Origin: Anaerolineales bacterium
Lineage (GTDB): Bacteria; Chloroflexota; Anaerolineae; Anaerolineales; UBA4823
Assembly: GCA_046259385.1 (NCBI GenBank)
Contig: JBJYWI010000048.1
Span: forward strand, 464-64,463
DNA: 64,000 nucleotides
Reading direction: 5' to 3'
The position numbers and the translations under genes are program-made. Positions 36,248 through 45,205 of this stretch are shown here, one piece after another. Position 1 is the first letter of the stretch. The number at the start of each line of letters is the position of its first letter. The notes below the pieces were generated by a model. It was not told the origin of the DNA and did not search any database. It saw nothing but the letters and a program-made list of their open reading frames with translations.

Positions 36248-36448
36248 TATTACTTCCTTTTCGGTTTCCGGGCCCAATTCAGACCAATACCGGGGCAGTC
36301 ACCAAATTGGGCAGAAATTGAGCGGCTTAATTTGGTTATCAGCAGCAGGAAGAAACCGAATATCGCCGCATTATGGGAGGCGAATAATCTACCGGGTCCA
36401 GCTTCATTGGCCATGAATGGAGATTTATTGGGCAAAAGTTTTAATTTA

Positions 36449-37705
36449 TTAAACCGCTATTTCAGACAGGGCTTCTTTAAGGCGTGTGATTTCTCCTAAT
36501 GTGTTGTAGTGGACTGGTCCAATTCGGACCAATCCGCCGTCTTTTTCAACGCCCAGTCGTTCAGTAACCGAAAGGGCGTAGTAATTCCCATCCCATACAA
36601 AAATCCCGAATTCATCCAGTTTCTGGGCTACTACCCTGGGATGGATATCTTTGAGGGCGAATGCAAATGTTGGAACTCGTTCCTCAAGACGGCGGATATC
36701 GTTTATACCGTAAAGGGTTAAGCCAGGGATTTCTTCCAGAAAATCCAGTATCGATCGGCTGAGCTCGTATTCATTTGCCCGGATTGCATACAACGCTTTT
36801 TTTAACTGGAGCTTTCTTCCCTTAAAGGAATGCCCCTTAGAGATATCGGCTTCCTCGTTCTGCATATCCCCTAACTGACTTAAATATTCAATCACACCCA
36901 GTACACCTGCGATGCCTTCGTGGTTTTTGGTGCCGGTTTCGAATTTTTCCGGCGGATAGATTGATGCTGGTCGGACCTTGTAAGCATTCAAGGAATCCAG
37001 CAAATCGTATCTCCCGTAGAGCACGCCTATATGTGGTCCAAACAATTTGTAAGCGGAAAATACAAGGAAATCGCAACCTAATTCTTGAACATCAATTGGA
37101 CCGTGGGGAGCATACTGGACAGCGTCTATGTATACCAATGCTCCAGCTTTATGCGCTGAGAGCGTGATTTTTTTAACTGGATTTATCGTTCCAACAGCGT
37201 TGGAAGCGTACCCCAGAGCGACGAATACCGGGTTTTGGTCCAGTGCATCCTTCATTTCTTCCATGTTCAGGGAGCAGTCTTCTGGGTGGAAATCCACATA
37301 AATGACGCTGCAGCCGCGCTCCTGGGCTGCGATAACCCATGGAGTGATATTTGCATCGTGTTCGAGGCGAGTTACAACGATTTTATCTCCCTTGTTCCAT
37401 GTACGGGCGATTGACCGGCTTATGTTGAATGTCAAAGTTGTCATATTCGGACCGAATACGATCTCCTCTGGTCGGCTTGCATTGATTAAATCTGCCACCC
37501 CGGTACGTGCTTCAAGGATAATTTCATCGGACTTCCGGCTGGACTCAAAAGCGCCATGAAAATTAGAATTGCAGTGGGTAAGGTAATCATTGATCCGGTC
37601 AAGGCTGTCCTGGACGATTTGTGTCCCCCCAGGGTTGTCCAGGTGAACAGTTGAGTCATTCAGAGCGGGAAACCTGTCCCGCACCCAATTAATATTTAAC
37701 ATCAT
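36449..37705 (-). CDS. Class V aminotransferase / cysteine desulfurase-like PLP enzyme
   Basis: 418 aa. PLP-lysine context FSAYKLFGPHIG. N-terminal VRDRFPAL. Confidence 0.8.
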   Translation of the reverse strand: MMLNINWVRDRFPALNDSTVHLDNPGGTQIVQDSLDRINDYLTHCNSNFHGAFESSRKSDEIILEARTGVADLINASRPEEIVFGPNMTTLTFNISRSIARTWNKGDKIVVTRLEHDANITPWVIAAQERGCSVIYVDFHPEDCSLNMEEMKDALDQNPVFVALGYASNAVGTINPVKKITLSAHKAGALVYIDAVQYAPHGPIDVQELGCDFLVFSAYKLFGPHIGVLYGRYDLLDSLNAYKVRPASIYPPEKFETGTKNHEGIAGVLGVIEYLSQLGDMQNEEADISKGHSFKGRKLQLKKALYAIRANEYELSRSILDFLEEIPGLTLYGINDIRRLEERVPTFAFALKDIHPRVVAQKLDEFGIFVWDGNYYALSVTERLGVEKDGGLVRIGPVHYNTLGEITRLKEALSEIAV

Positions 37706-37932
37706 ATGGATGCTCCGTTTGTTTCATGGTTGAGAGTATAAATAATTATCTGTTTTACTGTAATAAATCATCTATCTTGGAGTAAATTTAAGATCAGCGG
37801 ATTTAGAGGTATTCGATAAGACATATCATTAGCTGAACAAGTACAATTTATACCATGGTTGGGCAGCTGGTCTAGCTTTATGGTTAATAATGTGTATGGA
37901 TAATTTCTGGAAAATGCACTAATAGATACCAA

Positions 37933-38538
37933 CTATTCGTCTGGAATTTGAGAGGCAATTTGTTCCGCTTTTTTTAGTTCATTGGGAGTATTAACATTCA
38001 GAAAACTCAACAACCTTTGGTCGTATTTTCGCAGTTGTTCAGGAGGGATAATCAACACTTTCATGTTTTTAAACCAGCAATCCACACGCCATAAACCTGC
38101 ATCCAAAGCTGATTTTATTGGATGTAGACACGTCACGCGGCGGTAAACTGCATGAAACGGTTCCAAGCCGGCGTTTGTCTTTGGTATCACAATGTCATAT
38201 GGCTCATTGACCATTTGGTCTCTCTCATATTCAAGCAAGGCAACATTGATGAATGGCATATCACAGGCCAGAACCGCAACCAGAGGGTTGCTTGCAGCAG
38301 ATAAGGCAGTGTACAACCCGCCCAACGCACCACGATTGGGGACAATATCTTTATGCAGCGGCAGACCGAGGAATGAATAGTTTTCTGGATGGTTTGTGGT
38401 TACCAGCAGTTCATCAGCCGAATTCTGGACTCGATTGATGACGCGCTCGATAAGCGGTCTGTCTTTGAACAAAACCAGACCCTTATCGCGCCCCATCCTG
38501 CGCGATTTTCCCCCTGCTTGTATCACTATGGTAAACAT
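37933..38538 (-). CDS. mobA: Molybdenum cofactor guanylyltransferase
   Basis: 201 aa with IVIQAGGKSRRMGRDKGLV. Confidence 0.88.
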   Translation of the reverse strand: MFTIVIQAGGKSRRMGRDKGLVLFKDRPLIERVINRVQNSADELLVTTNHPENYSFLGLPLHKDIVPNRGALGGLYTALSAASNPLVAVLACDMPFINVALLEYERDQMVNEPYDIVIPKTNAGLEPFHAVYRRVTCLHPIKSALDAGLWRVDCWFKNMKVLIIPPEQLRKYDQRLLSFLNVNTPNELKKAEQIASQIPDE

Positions 38539-38694
38539 CTTTTTGATCCAGATGAAAGATCAGCTTGAAAACAAGCGCGACCTACAGGGTATTGTGTAAA
38601 AAAAATATATCGCAGCGGATTAGACTCTTCCAGGTGATCCGGTTGGGGAAAAGGCTTCACTGATTGGCCATAGAATCATCAAGCATGCAAAGGA

Positions 38695-39729
38695 TTAAAC
38701 TGCTTTCCGAGAAATTTTTACTCTTTCTACAAAACGATTGATTCCCCCAAAACGGTATTTGTAATCTTCATCGCCGCGCATAAAATCGAATTCCTGGCGC
38801 TGGTTTTCAATTGCCCACTCCAGCAAGTAGCCAAGCAGCACCCAACCAGGAGATAGGTCACTGTATTTATAGTTAATACCTGAGTTATAAACCCAGATAT
38901 GATCGGAGTAATCAAAGTTGAGGTAGCCGCCTGCTTTCTGCCCGTTCACTTGCATAAAAGCCAGCTGAAGCCATCCGGCATCGAAAGCAGCGAAAACCGT
39001 TTCTCGTAACTGTGTGCGCATTGTCGGCGTTAGAAAATCCTTTTTCTCGCTGTCCTGAGACATTAACTCCATAAAATCTTCAACTTCCTGGTCGAGTTTG
39101 TCCCTGTCACTGACTATGTACCAGCAGACATTATCCGGATGGTTTTCCACCCGGCGCATTTTTCTTCTGATTTCATGACGCTGTTTCTTTTTGATTGATG
39201 CGAGATATTCATCCCAATCACCCGAAAGCGGGATATAGGGACAGGGTTGAAGTTGTTCCTGTTCATATGCCCAACCCAGCTCTTCAGCTGCAGTTTTCAG
39301 AGCTGGAAGCGTGGGAGAATCTTCTGGAAGGTTATATAGATCAATCGCAGTCCAGTACTCGTGCGTCGTACTAGCAAGAAGTCTGAACAGCTCAGTGATG
39401 AATTTGTCTATCTCGTTGGGATGTATGATCAGATCAAGATAATCCGAAATCTCGATGCTGCCTAGCATCATCAGAGCGGGTTCGCCCTCCAGATTTCTTG
39501 TGCGGAAGAAAGGAGCCACGCCCACCAGCCGTTCGCTCTCATCCCTCGCAATTACAATATTTAATTTCCCAGTCTGCCATTCCCCTCCGCCCAATGTCTT
39601 CCACCAGGTTGCCTGGTATTCATGTCGTAAAAATGGCACATGACTTGCACTACAGCATTCTAGCAACTCGTTCCATTCTAAAGCAAGCCCCTGGAATTCA
39701 TCTACAGTCTGTATTGTGGTGAGTTTCAT
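38695..39729 (-). CDS. GNAT-fold acetyltransferase, CelD/BcsL-like
   Basis: 344 aa. C-terminal EFDFMRGDEDYKYRFG is typical of the CelD/BcsL GNAT family (recollection). Confidence 0.65.
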   Translation of the reverse strand: MKLTTIQTVDEFQGLALEWNELLECCSASHVPFLRHEYQATWWKTLGGGEWQTGKLNIVIARDESERLVGVAPFFRTRNLEGEPALMMLGSIEISDYLDLIIHPNEIDKFITELFRLLASTTHEYWTAIDLYNLPEDSPTLPALKTAAEELGWAYEQEQLQPCPYIPLSGDWDEYLASIKKKQRHEIRRKMRRVENHPDNVCWYIVSDRDKLDQEVEDFMELMSQDSEKKDFLTPTMRTQLRETVFAAFDAGWLQLAFMQVNGQKAGGYLNFDYSDHIWVYNSGINYKYSDLSPGWVLLGYLLEWAIENQRQEFDFMRGDEDYKYRFGGINRFVERVKISRKAV

Positions 39730-39934
39730 TTTTAGATTTTTTGTGATTAATGTATTATTCGTATATTTTCATGGAAAGAAATACTTCTGGTATAACCTTA
39801 TAGGATTTTGTCCATAAGGTCAAGGTTTGGATGCACACTACTAATATTGTATTGATTTATGTGGAATTTATAAAGTATATTCTACTCAGGGTGGGGTTGA
39901 TGTTCCATCAGAAACCGACGGGCAGGTAAAGTCT

Positions 39935-42238
39935 ATGAATCGTGATATTGACTTATATCTTACACCAATTGGACGGATCGCTGGAGAGGCTGATCCGGGA
40001 TTATTAAGTTTACATGTGAGCGATCCAACCGGAAAAGCTACCCGCAGCAGAAAGTTTGATCGATTGATTCTATACCTGGTAATGGTAGGTGATAGATTGC
40101 TTCGTTCCGACCAGCAGAAACAGTTATTGGTCTACCTGTCAGATTTCTACTTTAAAAAACCTGGTTCAACAACCGCCGCTATGCGTTCTGTCGCTGAAGA
40201 ATTAAATAAGATTCTGCTTGAGATCAATTTACGATATGCAAAAAAGGGACAGCAGGGAATTGGCTTGTTGACCCTGCTGGTTTTTCGGAAGCATCAATTG
40301 TATTTAACCCAATCTGGACCCATGCAAGCTTTCCATATTTCAGGGGATAATGTCCAGCATCTCTATGATTCATCAATGATCTCCAAAGGTTTGGGACAGG
40401 GAAGCAGCATCCCGATAAGTTATTACCCACTGCAGGTAAAACATGATGACGGAATCCTGTTAGCTGCTAAACCTCCTTTAAACTGGAGCACTGCCGCCGT
40501 ACTTGAAGTCCCAAAATTAACTCAGGAAGAAATCAGCAGCCGGCTGAGCGCTCAGTTAGCGCCTGATTTGAATGTTGTCGTAATAAACGTGAAGAAAGGA
40601 AAAGGGGATTGTTATATTGTTAAAGATGGTGATGCCGTCAATGAAGTCGAGAGGAATTACCCGCCGACAGAAGAAGAAATCCTGGAGGGTCCAACTGTCT
40701 CTCCTTTAGGGATTGAGGCAGAGCGGGAGCCGGAAGGCAGAAAGGAGGCATCTGCTGAATTGAACCCGGGCGAACCCAGTGAAACCACCCCGGAATATAT
40801 ACGCGAAGTACCATCTATTCCATCCGAGCCTGTTACATTGGCTGAAATGACTCCACCATCTACAACAGGAATTTATGCAGATCCTGAAGATCGGAGTAGG
40901 GAAGTTGCAGCTGGAGACAAGGTTGAAGATATAGATACAATCTGGACAAAAACTGCTGTCCTTGTTGCAGGCATACTCGCGTTTGTGGGTCGTCTGTTTA
41001 GGGGCGTGGCTGCTCTATTAACCAGAGTCCTGCCAGGTGAAGATTATTTCAAACTACCGTCCGGGACGATGGCATTTATTGCAGTTGTCGTGCCGATACT
41101 GGTCGTGGGAATCGCAAGCGGTGCTTATTACAAGCTGGGAAGGGAAGCCCAGTATGATGCCTATTATAGCCAGGCACAGGAGATGGCTAACAATGCCGTG
41201 AACCAGGCGGATGATGATTTAAGACGATCTGAGTGGGCTGCATTGCTGGATTTTCTGGAACAAGTTGAATCTGTTAACAAAACTGAAGATACTCAGGCGC
41301 TGAAGCTGGAAGCAGTTGCAGCTCTTGATAATCTGGACCTCGTGAAAAGAGTAAATTACCAGCCTGCGATAATTGGTGGGCTGCCAGAATCAGCCCGGAT
41401 AATCAAAATGGTGGTATTTGATAATGATCTGTATATGCTGGATGGTACCAGTGGGAGTGTATTTTATGCCCAGCTCACCAGCCAGGGCTATAAACCTGAT
41501 GCTTCATTTCAGTGTGGACCTGCTGCGTTGGACAGTGTTTTAAGTGGACCGATTATTGATATCGCCCGCTGGCCTAAAGGGCTGACTCCGGATGCAGATA
41601 TTGTTGGGATGGACTCAATGGGGAACCTGATCTTTTGCGAGCCAGGAGATTCCCCGCAGGGTTCCGCTATATTTCCCCCAAATTCTGTGCAGTACCAAAA
41701 CTTAGCTGCTATGACCATCCACCAGGGTGATTTATATGTTCTGGACCCGACTTCAAACGGAGTTTGGATCTATTGGAATGGTGCGATTGCAATGGAGCCG
41801 GAATTATTCTTTGATGTGGAGATACCGCCTCTTGATAGTGTGGTCGATCTCACAGTTAATAACAACGAATTGTATTTGCTCCATGATGATGGAAGCACTA
41901 CCTTATGTGTATACAGCAGTATTGGCGTAGCTCCAACCCGATGTTCAAACCCTCAATATCTGGATACCCGCGCTGGTCATGAAAACGAACCCATGGAACT
42001 TGAAAATGCTTTCAGCCAGATAGAATTCAACCCGCCGCCAGATCCTTCTCTTTTCATGCTCGACCCTAACGCTCAATCGATTTATCATTTTAGTTTAAGA
42101 AACCTGACCTACCAAAAGCAGTTCAAGCCAGATTTCCCTCCGGAATCCGGAAAAGCGACTGCTTTTGCTTATGATCCACTCAAGCGGAATTTCTTCCTAG
42201 CTGTCGGAAATGATATATATTACGGTTTAGTCCCTTAA
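39935..42238 (+). CDS. Large membrane protein: degenerate PP2C-like N-domain, P/E-rich linker, 2 TM, extracytoplasmic beta-rich (propeller-like) C-domain
   Basis: 767 aa. GLLTLLVFRKHQLYLTQSGPMQAFHI and DDGILLAAKPP resemble PP2C strands but lack the GDSR/DG metal ligands. TM AVLVAGILAFVG and MAFIAVVVPILVVGIASGAY. The PP2C assignment is weak. Confidence 0.45.
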   Translation: MNRDIDLYLTPIGRIAGEADPGLLSLHVSDPTGKATRSRKFDRLILYLVMVGDRLLRSDQQKQLLVYLSDFYFKKPGSTTAAMRSVAEELNKILLEINLRYAKKGQQGIGLLTLLVFRKHQLYLTQSGPMQAFHISGDNVQHLYDSSMISKGLGQGSSIPISYYPLQVKHDDGILLAAKPPLNWSTAAVLEVPKLTQEEISSRLSAQLAPDLNVVVINVKKGKGDCYIVKDGDAVNEVERNYPPTEEEILEGPTVSPLGIEAEREPEGRKEASAELNPGEPSETTPEYIREVPSIPSEPVTLAEMTPPSTTGIYADPEDRSREVAAGDKVEDIDTIWTKTAVLVAGILAFVGRLFRGVAALLTRVLPGEDYFKLPSGTMAFIAVVVPILVVGIASGAYYKLGREAQYDAYYSQAQEMANNAVNQADDDLRRSEWAALLDFLEQVESVNKTEDTQALKLEAVAALDNLDLVKRVNYQPAIIGGLPESARIIKMVVFDNDLYMLDGTSGSVFYAQLTSQGYKPDASFQCGPAALDSVLSGPIIDIARWPKGLTPDADIVGMDSMGNLIFCEPGDSPQGSAIFPPNSVQYQNLAAMTIHQGDLYVLDPTSNGVWIYWNGAIAMEPELFFDVEIPPLDSVVDLTVNNNELYLLHDDGSTTLCVYSSIGVAPTRCSNPQYLDTRAGHENEPMELENAFSQIEFNPPPDPSLFMLDPNAQSIYHFSLRNLTYQKQFKPDFPPESGKATAFAYDPLKRNFFLAVGNDIYYGLVP

Positions 42239-42324
42239 ACAATTTCCTCCAATTTAGTTCAATTTACGGAGCAGCGTTGTAATATTCAAGCTGTATTCTT
42301 TACAGTGTTAACAGCAAATTACCA

Positions 42325-44295
42325 TTATTCAATTTGCTTATCGGGTTCAATAAAATCAGGGTAAACCGCGCCTTTTTTGATCACAGGTTTTTGATTCCTT
42401 GGCGGATTCTTTAAAATGAAGAGAAATCCAATCCTGCCGAAGTGAATCAGGTCGTTTTGTTTGAGAGATTTACCGTCCCATGTTACCTGTTCATAGTTCA
42501 CCCAGGTACCAGCGATGGTGTGCTCATCCGTGACCCAGAATTCTTCATCAGAAATTCTCTTTATGCGGGCGTGAATACATTCAATAGAATTGTCCTCGAG
42601 AACGATGTTCACCATCTTTGGATCTGATCCAATAGAAATTTCATCATTGTATAGAGGAATACTGGCAAATTTTTGGTTATCTGGCATATCTTTTAGTGGG
42701 GTTAACACAGCCAGAGCCTCAAGAGTAGATCCATCCTCTTTTTGCTTCTTATGATCTTTCTCAGTTGTATTCTCTTTGTCATGATTTTCTTTTGATTGTG
42801 AGGTTTTTTTCTTTTTAGTCCCACGCCGGAATCTGGATGTGATTCCCGGTGTTGTGGGTTTGATTTTTCCACTCAGAATCAGAATTAGAAAAACAACTGA
42901 ACCGGATAACAAGAGAGTAAGAATGATAATTGTGGGCAGGTTGCTGAAAATAGTCACCCAGAGGTTGGGCTCCGGCAATTCTATAATAATTTCAACGGGA
43001 ATTACTGCGCTTTGCCCCCTTATTCCAAATATATCCTCGATTTCAACCTGGATCTGATAGGTGCCCTGTGAATTGACATTTTCTAAATTCCATGTGAAAG
43101 AATCATAAGGGGGTTCGCGGTTCTCATCTACTATACTGCCGTTTACAAATAATGTTGAACGCACGAGCGAACGCGGTTTACCATCCGGGAAATCCACCGC
43201 GATGGACAACAATTGCTCCTCAGGAAATAATTGAATATCTGTTTTTGAAAGGAAATCTGACCAATTGTTTTCGTTCTGCTGAGCGCGTGTGATTCTGATT
43301 GGGGGTGCAATCAGAGATGGTGCAGGTGGAAGTATTTCGAATTCAAAATTAACAGGCAGGGTACTGACTGGTTCTGTTCTGGTTTCAACCTGGGCTTGCA
43401 GTTGATGAGTGCCGCTTCGGGAAATTTTTGAACGATATTCAATTGTGTACAAGTTTCTGAGCGGTTCAAAATAATTTTCTAAGTCAGGAAATTCTTCTTC
43501 ACCTGTGTATAAAAAATAATTTCCCTGAGTCTCCTGGGCGAGTCTTGATAATTGTTCAGCCGCTTTTGCGGAGTATGTACCTGGGGAAGTGACCATCCAG
43601 ACGTTTATTCGGACGCCGTGTTGCTGGGCTTGAGCTATAACATTGTCGAAAGGCTCGTCTGGTAATCCTTCGAGCGGGGCTGTGATAAATAGAACCGCTT
43701 TCCCCATACCTGAGCGGACCGGGCTGTCTGATGCCAGGCTGACAGCCCTGAATAAGGTATCCAGATTGGGCGCCACAGACCTAGAGTCAACCTGGCTGGA
43801 TGTTAACACCGTTACCCAATCGGAGGGATTATTCATATGGTTCGAAGAAGCGCCTCCAGTTGTTATCAAGCTGAGGTCATCAATATTTGTGCCAATTCGG
43901 CTTTTCCCCCAATCTGCTAGTGAATTAATGATATTGTCGTACCGGGAAACAGCCTGGCTGTCCTGAATCGCGAATGGTGGACCTGGATTGAGTGCAAAAA
44001 CCAATTGTGCGCCAGGGCGGATTTCTTGCAAACCAGTTATCTCGACCGGGATTCCGTTCTCTAGCAGCTGGATATTCTCATTTTGCAGATTGTGAATAAA
44101 CATTCCCTGAAAGTCGTAAATTTTCAGGTTCGTTTTGAAAATGGGGTAATTTTCCGTTTCTGGCGGGGAAATTTCCGCTTCTCCTGACGATTGCGCTTTT
44201 ATTACAGCGTTTGGTGAAGCGTGTACTAATAAATTCAATAGCAGTATCAAACAAGAAAAAGCTAGACCTTTCCGATGCTTTCTTAATATTCGCAT
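42325..44295 (-). CDS. Signal peptide - vWA-like ectodomain - Ig-like region - TM - Lys-rich linker - C-terminal FHA domain protein
   Basis: 656 aa. vWA-like segment GKAVLFITAPLEG...GVRINVWMV. TM LPTIIILTLLLSGSVVFLILIL. FHA core ISIGSDPKMVNIVLEDNSIECIHARIKRISDEEFWVTDEHTIAGTWVNYEQV. Confidence 0.7.
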   Translation of the reverse strand: MRILRKHRKGLAFSCLILLLNLLVHASPNAVIKAQSSGEAEISPPETENYPIFKTNLKIYDFQGMFIHNLQNENIQLLENGIPVEITGLQEIRPGAQLVFALNPGPPFAIQDSQAVSRYDNIINSLADWGKSRIGTNIDDLSLITTGGASSNHMNNPSDWVTVLTSSQVDSRSVAPNLDTLFRAVSLASDSPVRSGMGKAVLFITAPLEGLPDEPFDNVIAQAQQHGVRINVWMVTSPGTYSAKAAEQLSRLAQETQGNYFLYTGEEEFPDLENYFEPLRNLYTIEYRSKISRSGTHQLQAQVETRTEPVSTLPVNFEFEILPPAPSLIAPPIRITRAQQNENNWSDFLSKTDIQLFPEEQLLSIAVDFPDGKPRSLVRSTLFVNGSIVDENREPPYDSFTWNLENVNSQGTYQIQVEIEDIFGIRGQSAVIPVEIIIELPEPNLWVTIFSNLPTIIILTLLLSGSVVFLILILSGKIKPTTPGITSRFRRGTKKKKTSQSKENHDKENTTEKDHKKQKEDGSTLEALAVLTPLKDMPDNQKFASIPLYNDEISIGSDPKMVNIVLEDNSIECIHARIKRISDEEFWVTDEHTIAGTWVNYEQVTWDGKSLKQNDLIHFGRIGFLFILKNPPRNQKPVIKKGAVYPDFIEPDKQIE

Positions 44296-44398
44296 TCAAA
44301 AATTTTAACATAGGAAATCACGGCAAACCCAAGGAAAGGAATCACCTCTTTGGATGATTAATTATTCAAATTTTTGACTATGTTAGAATCTGCGTCTG

Positions 44399-45127
44399 AT
44401 GTTAGTGCTCGCCTCTCAATCTCCGAGAAGAAGACGGTTAATCAGCCTTCTTGGTTGCGACTTTACAGTTATCCCTGCTGAAGTTGATGAAAAAATATTT
44501 CCAAAGGAACTGCCAGGAGAATATGTAAGAAGAATGGCGCTGGAAAAAGCGCTCAATACTTCCAGCAAACTGGGTAAAGACACGGAGGATGAGATTTTTG
44601 TTGTTGGTGCTGACACTGTAGTGGTGGATTGGGGAATAATTTCTCAAGCTGACAGCATTTCAAACCAATTGCACAGAATTCCAGGCGCTTTGGAAGCTGA
44701 TTTTGAAATTTTAGGAAAACCGGCTGACCTTTTTGAGGCCAGAAAGATTTTGTACAGACTGCGTGGTAGAAGCCACCAGGTCTTCTCAACGATCGCTGTA
44801 ATTCGAAGAAGCGATGGAAAACAATTTGTTGACAGCTGCATCACGGAGGTTCCAATGCGCGCGTATAGTGATGCGGAAGTCGAAGAATATGTCGCTTCAG
44901 GGGATCCAATTGATAAGGCGGGATCATACGCGATCCAGCATCCGGAATTTCACCCGGTACAGAACTTGCAGGGGTGTTACGCAAATGTAATGGGACTACC
45001 TCTGTGCCACCTGTTTAGAACATTATTGAAAGCTGGTTTTCTTATTTCTAAAGATGTTCCTGCAGCCTGCCAGGCATTCCTCGAATATGATTGTCCTGTG
45101 TTCGACAAAATACTTGAGAGCATTTAA
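44399..45127 (+). CDS. maf: Maf-like nucleoside triphosphate pyrophosphatase (with internal insertion)
   Basis: LVLASQSPRRRRLISLLG, GADTVVV, GKP, DKAGSYAIQ. 242 aa versus about 190-200 typical. Confidence 0.85.
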   Translation: MLVLASQSPRRRRLISLLGCDFTVIPAEVDEKIFPKELPGEYVRRMALEKALNTSSKLGKDTEDEIFVVGADTVVVDWGIISQADSISNQLHRIPGALEADFEILGKPADLFEARKILYRLRGRSHQVFSTIAVIRRSDGKQFVDSCITEVPMRAYSDAEVEEYVASGDPIDKAGSYAIQHPEFHPVQNLQGCYANVMGLPLCHLFRTLLKAGFLISKDVPAACQAFLEYDCPVFDKILESI

Positions 45128-45205
45128 TTGGAAATCCTTCACATATTATTCTTTAAGGTTTCTACCGTCTGGCTGGTTTAAATTACCCCCTTTTCTTTAT
45201 ACCGC

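Noticed and set aside
36248-36448. Glycine riboswitch upstream of gcvPA.
   Set aside because: I looked for the tandem aptamer hallmarks (GGAGAG, ACCGAAGGGGCAA-like cores) on the minus strand and did not find them. Only generic hairpins are present, and these are reported separately as a low-interest finding.
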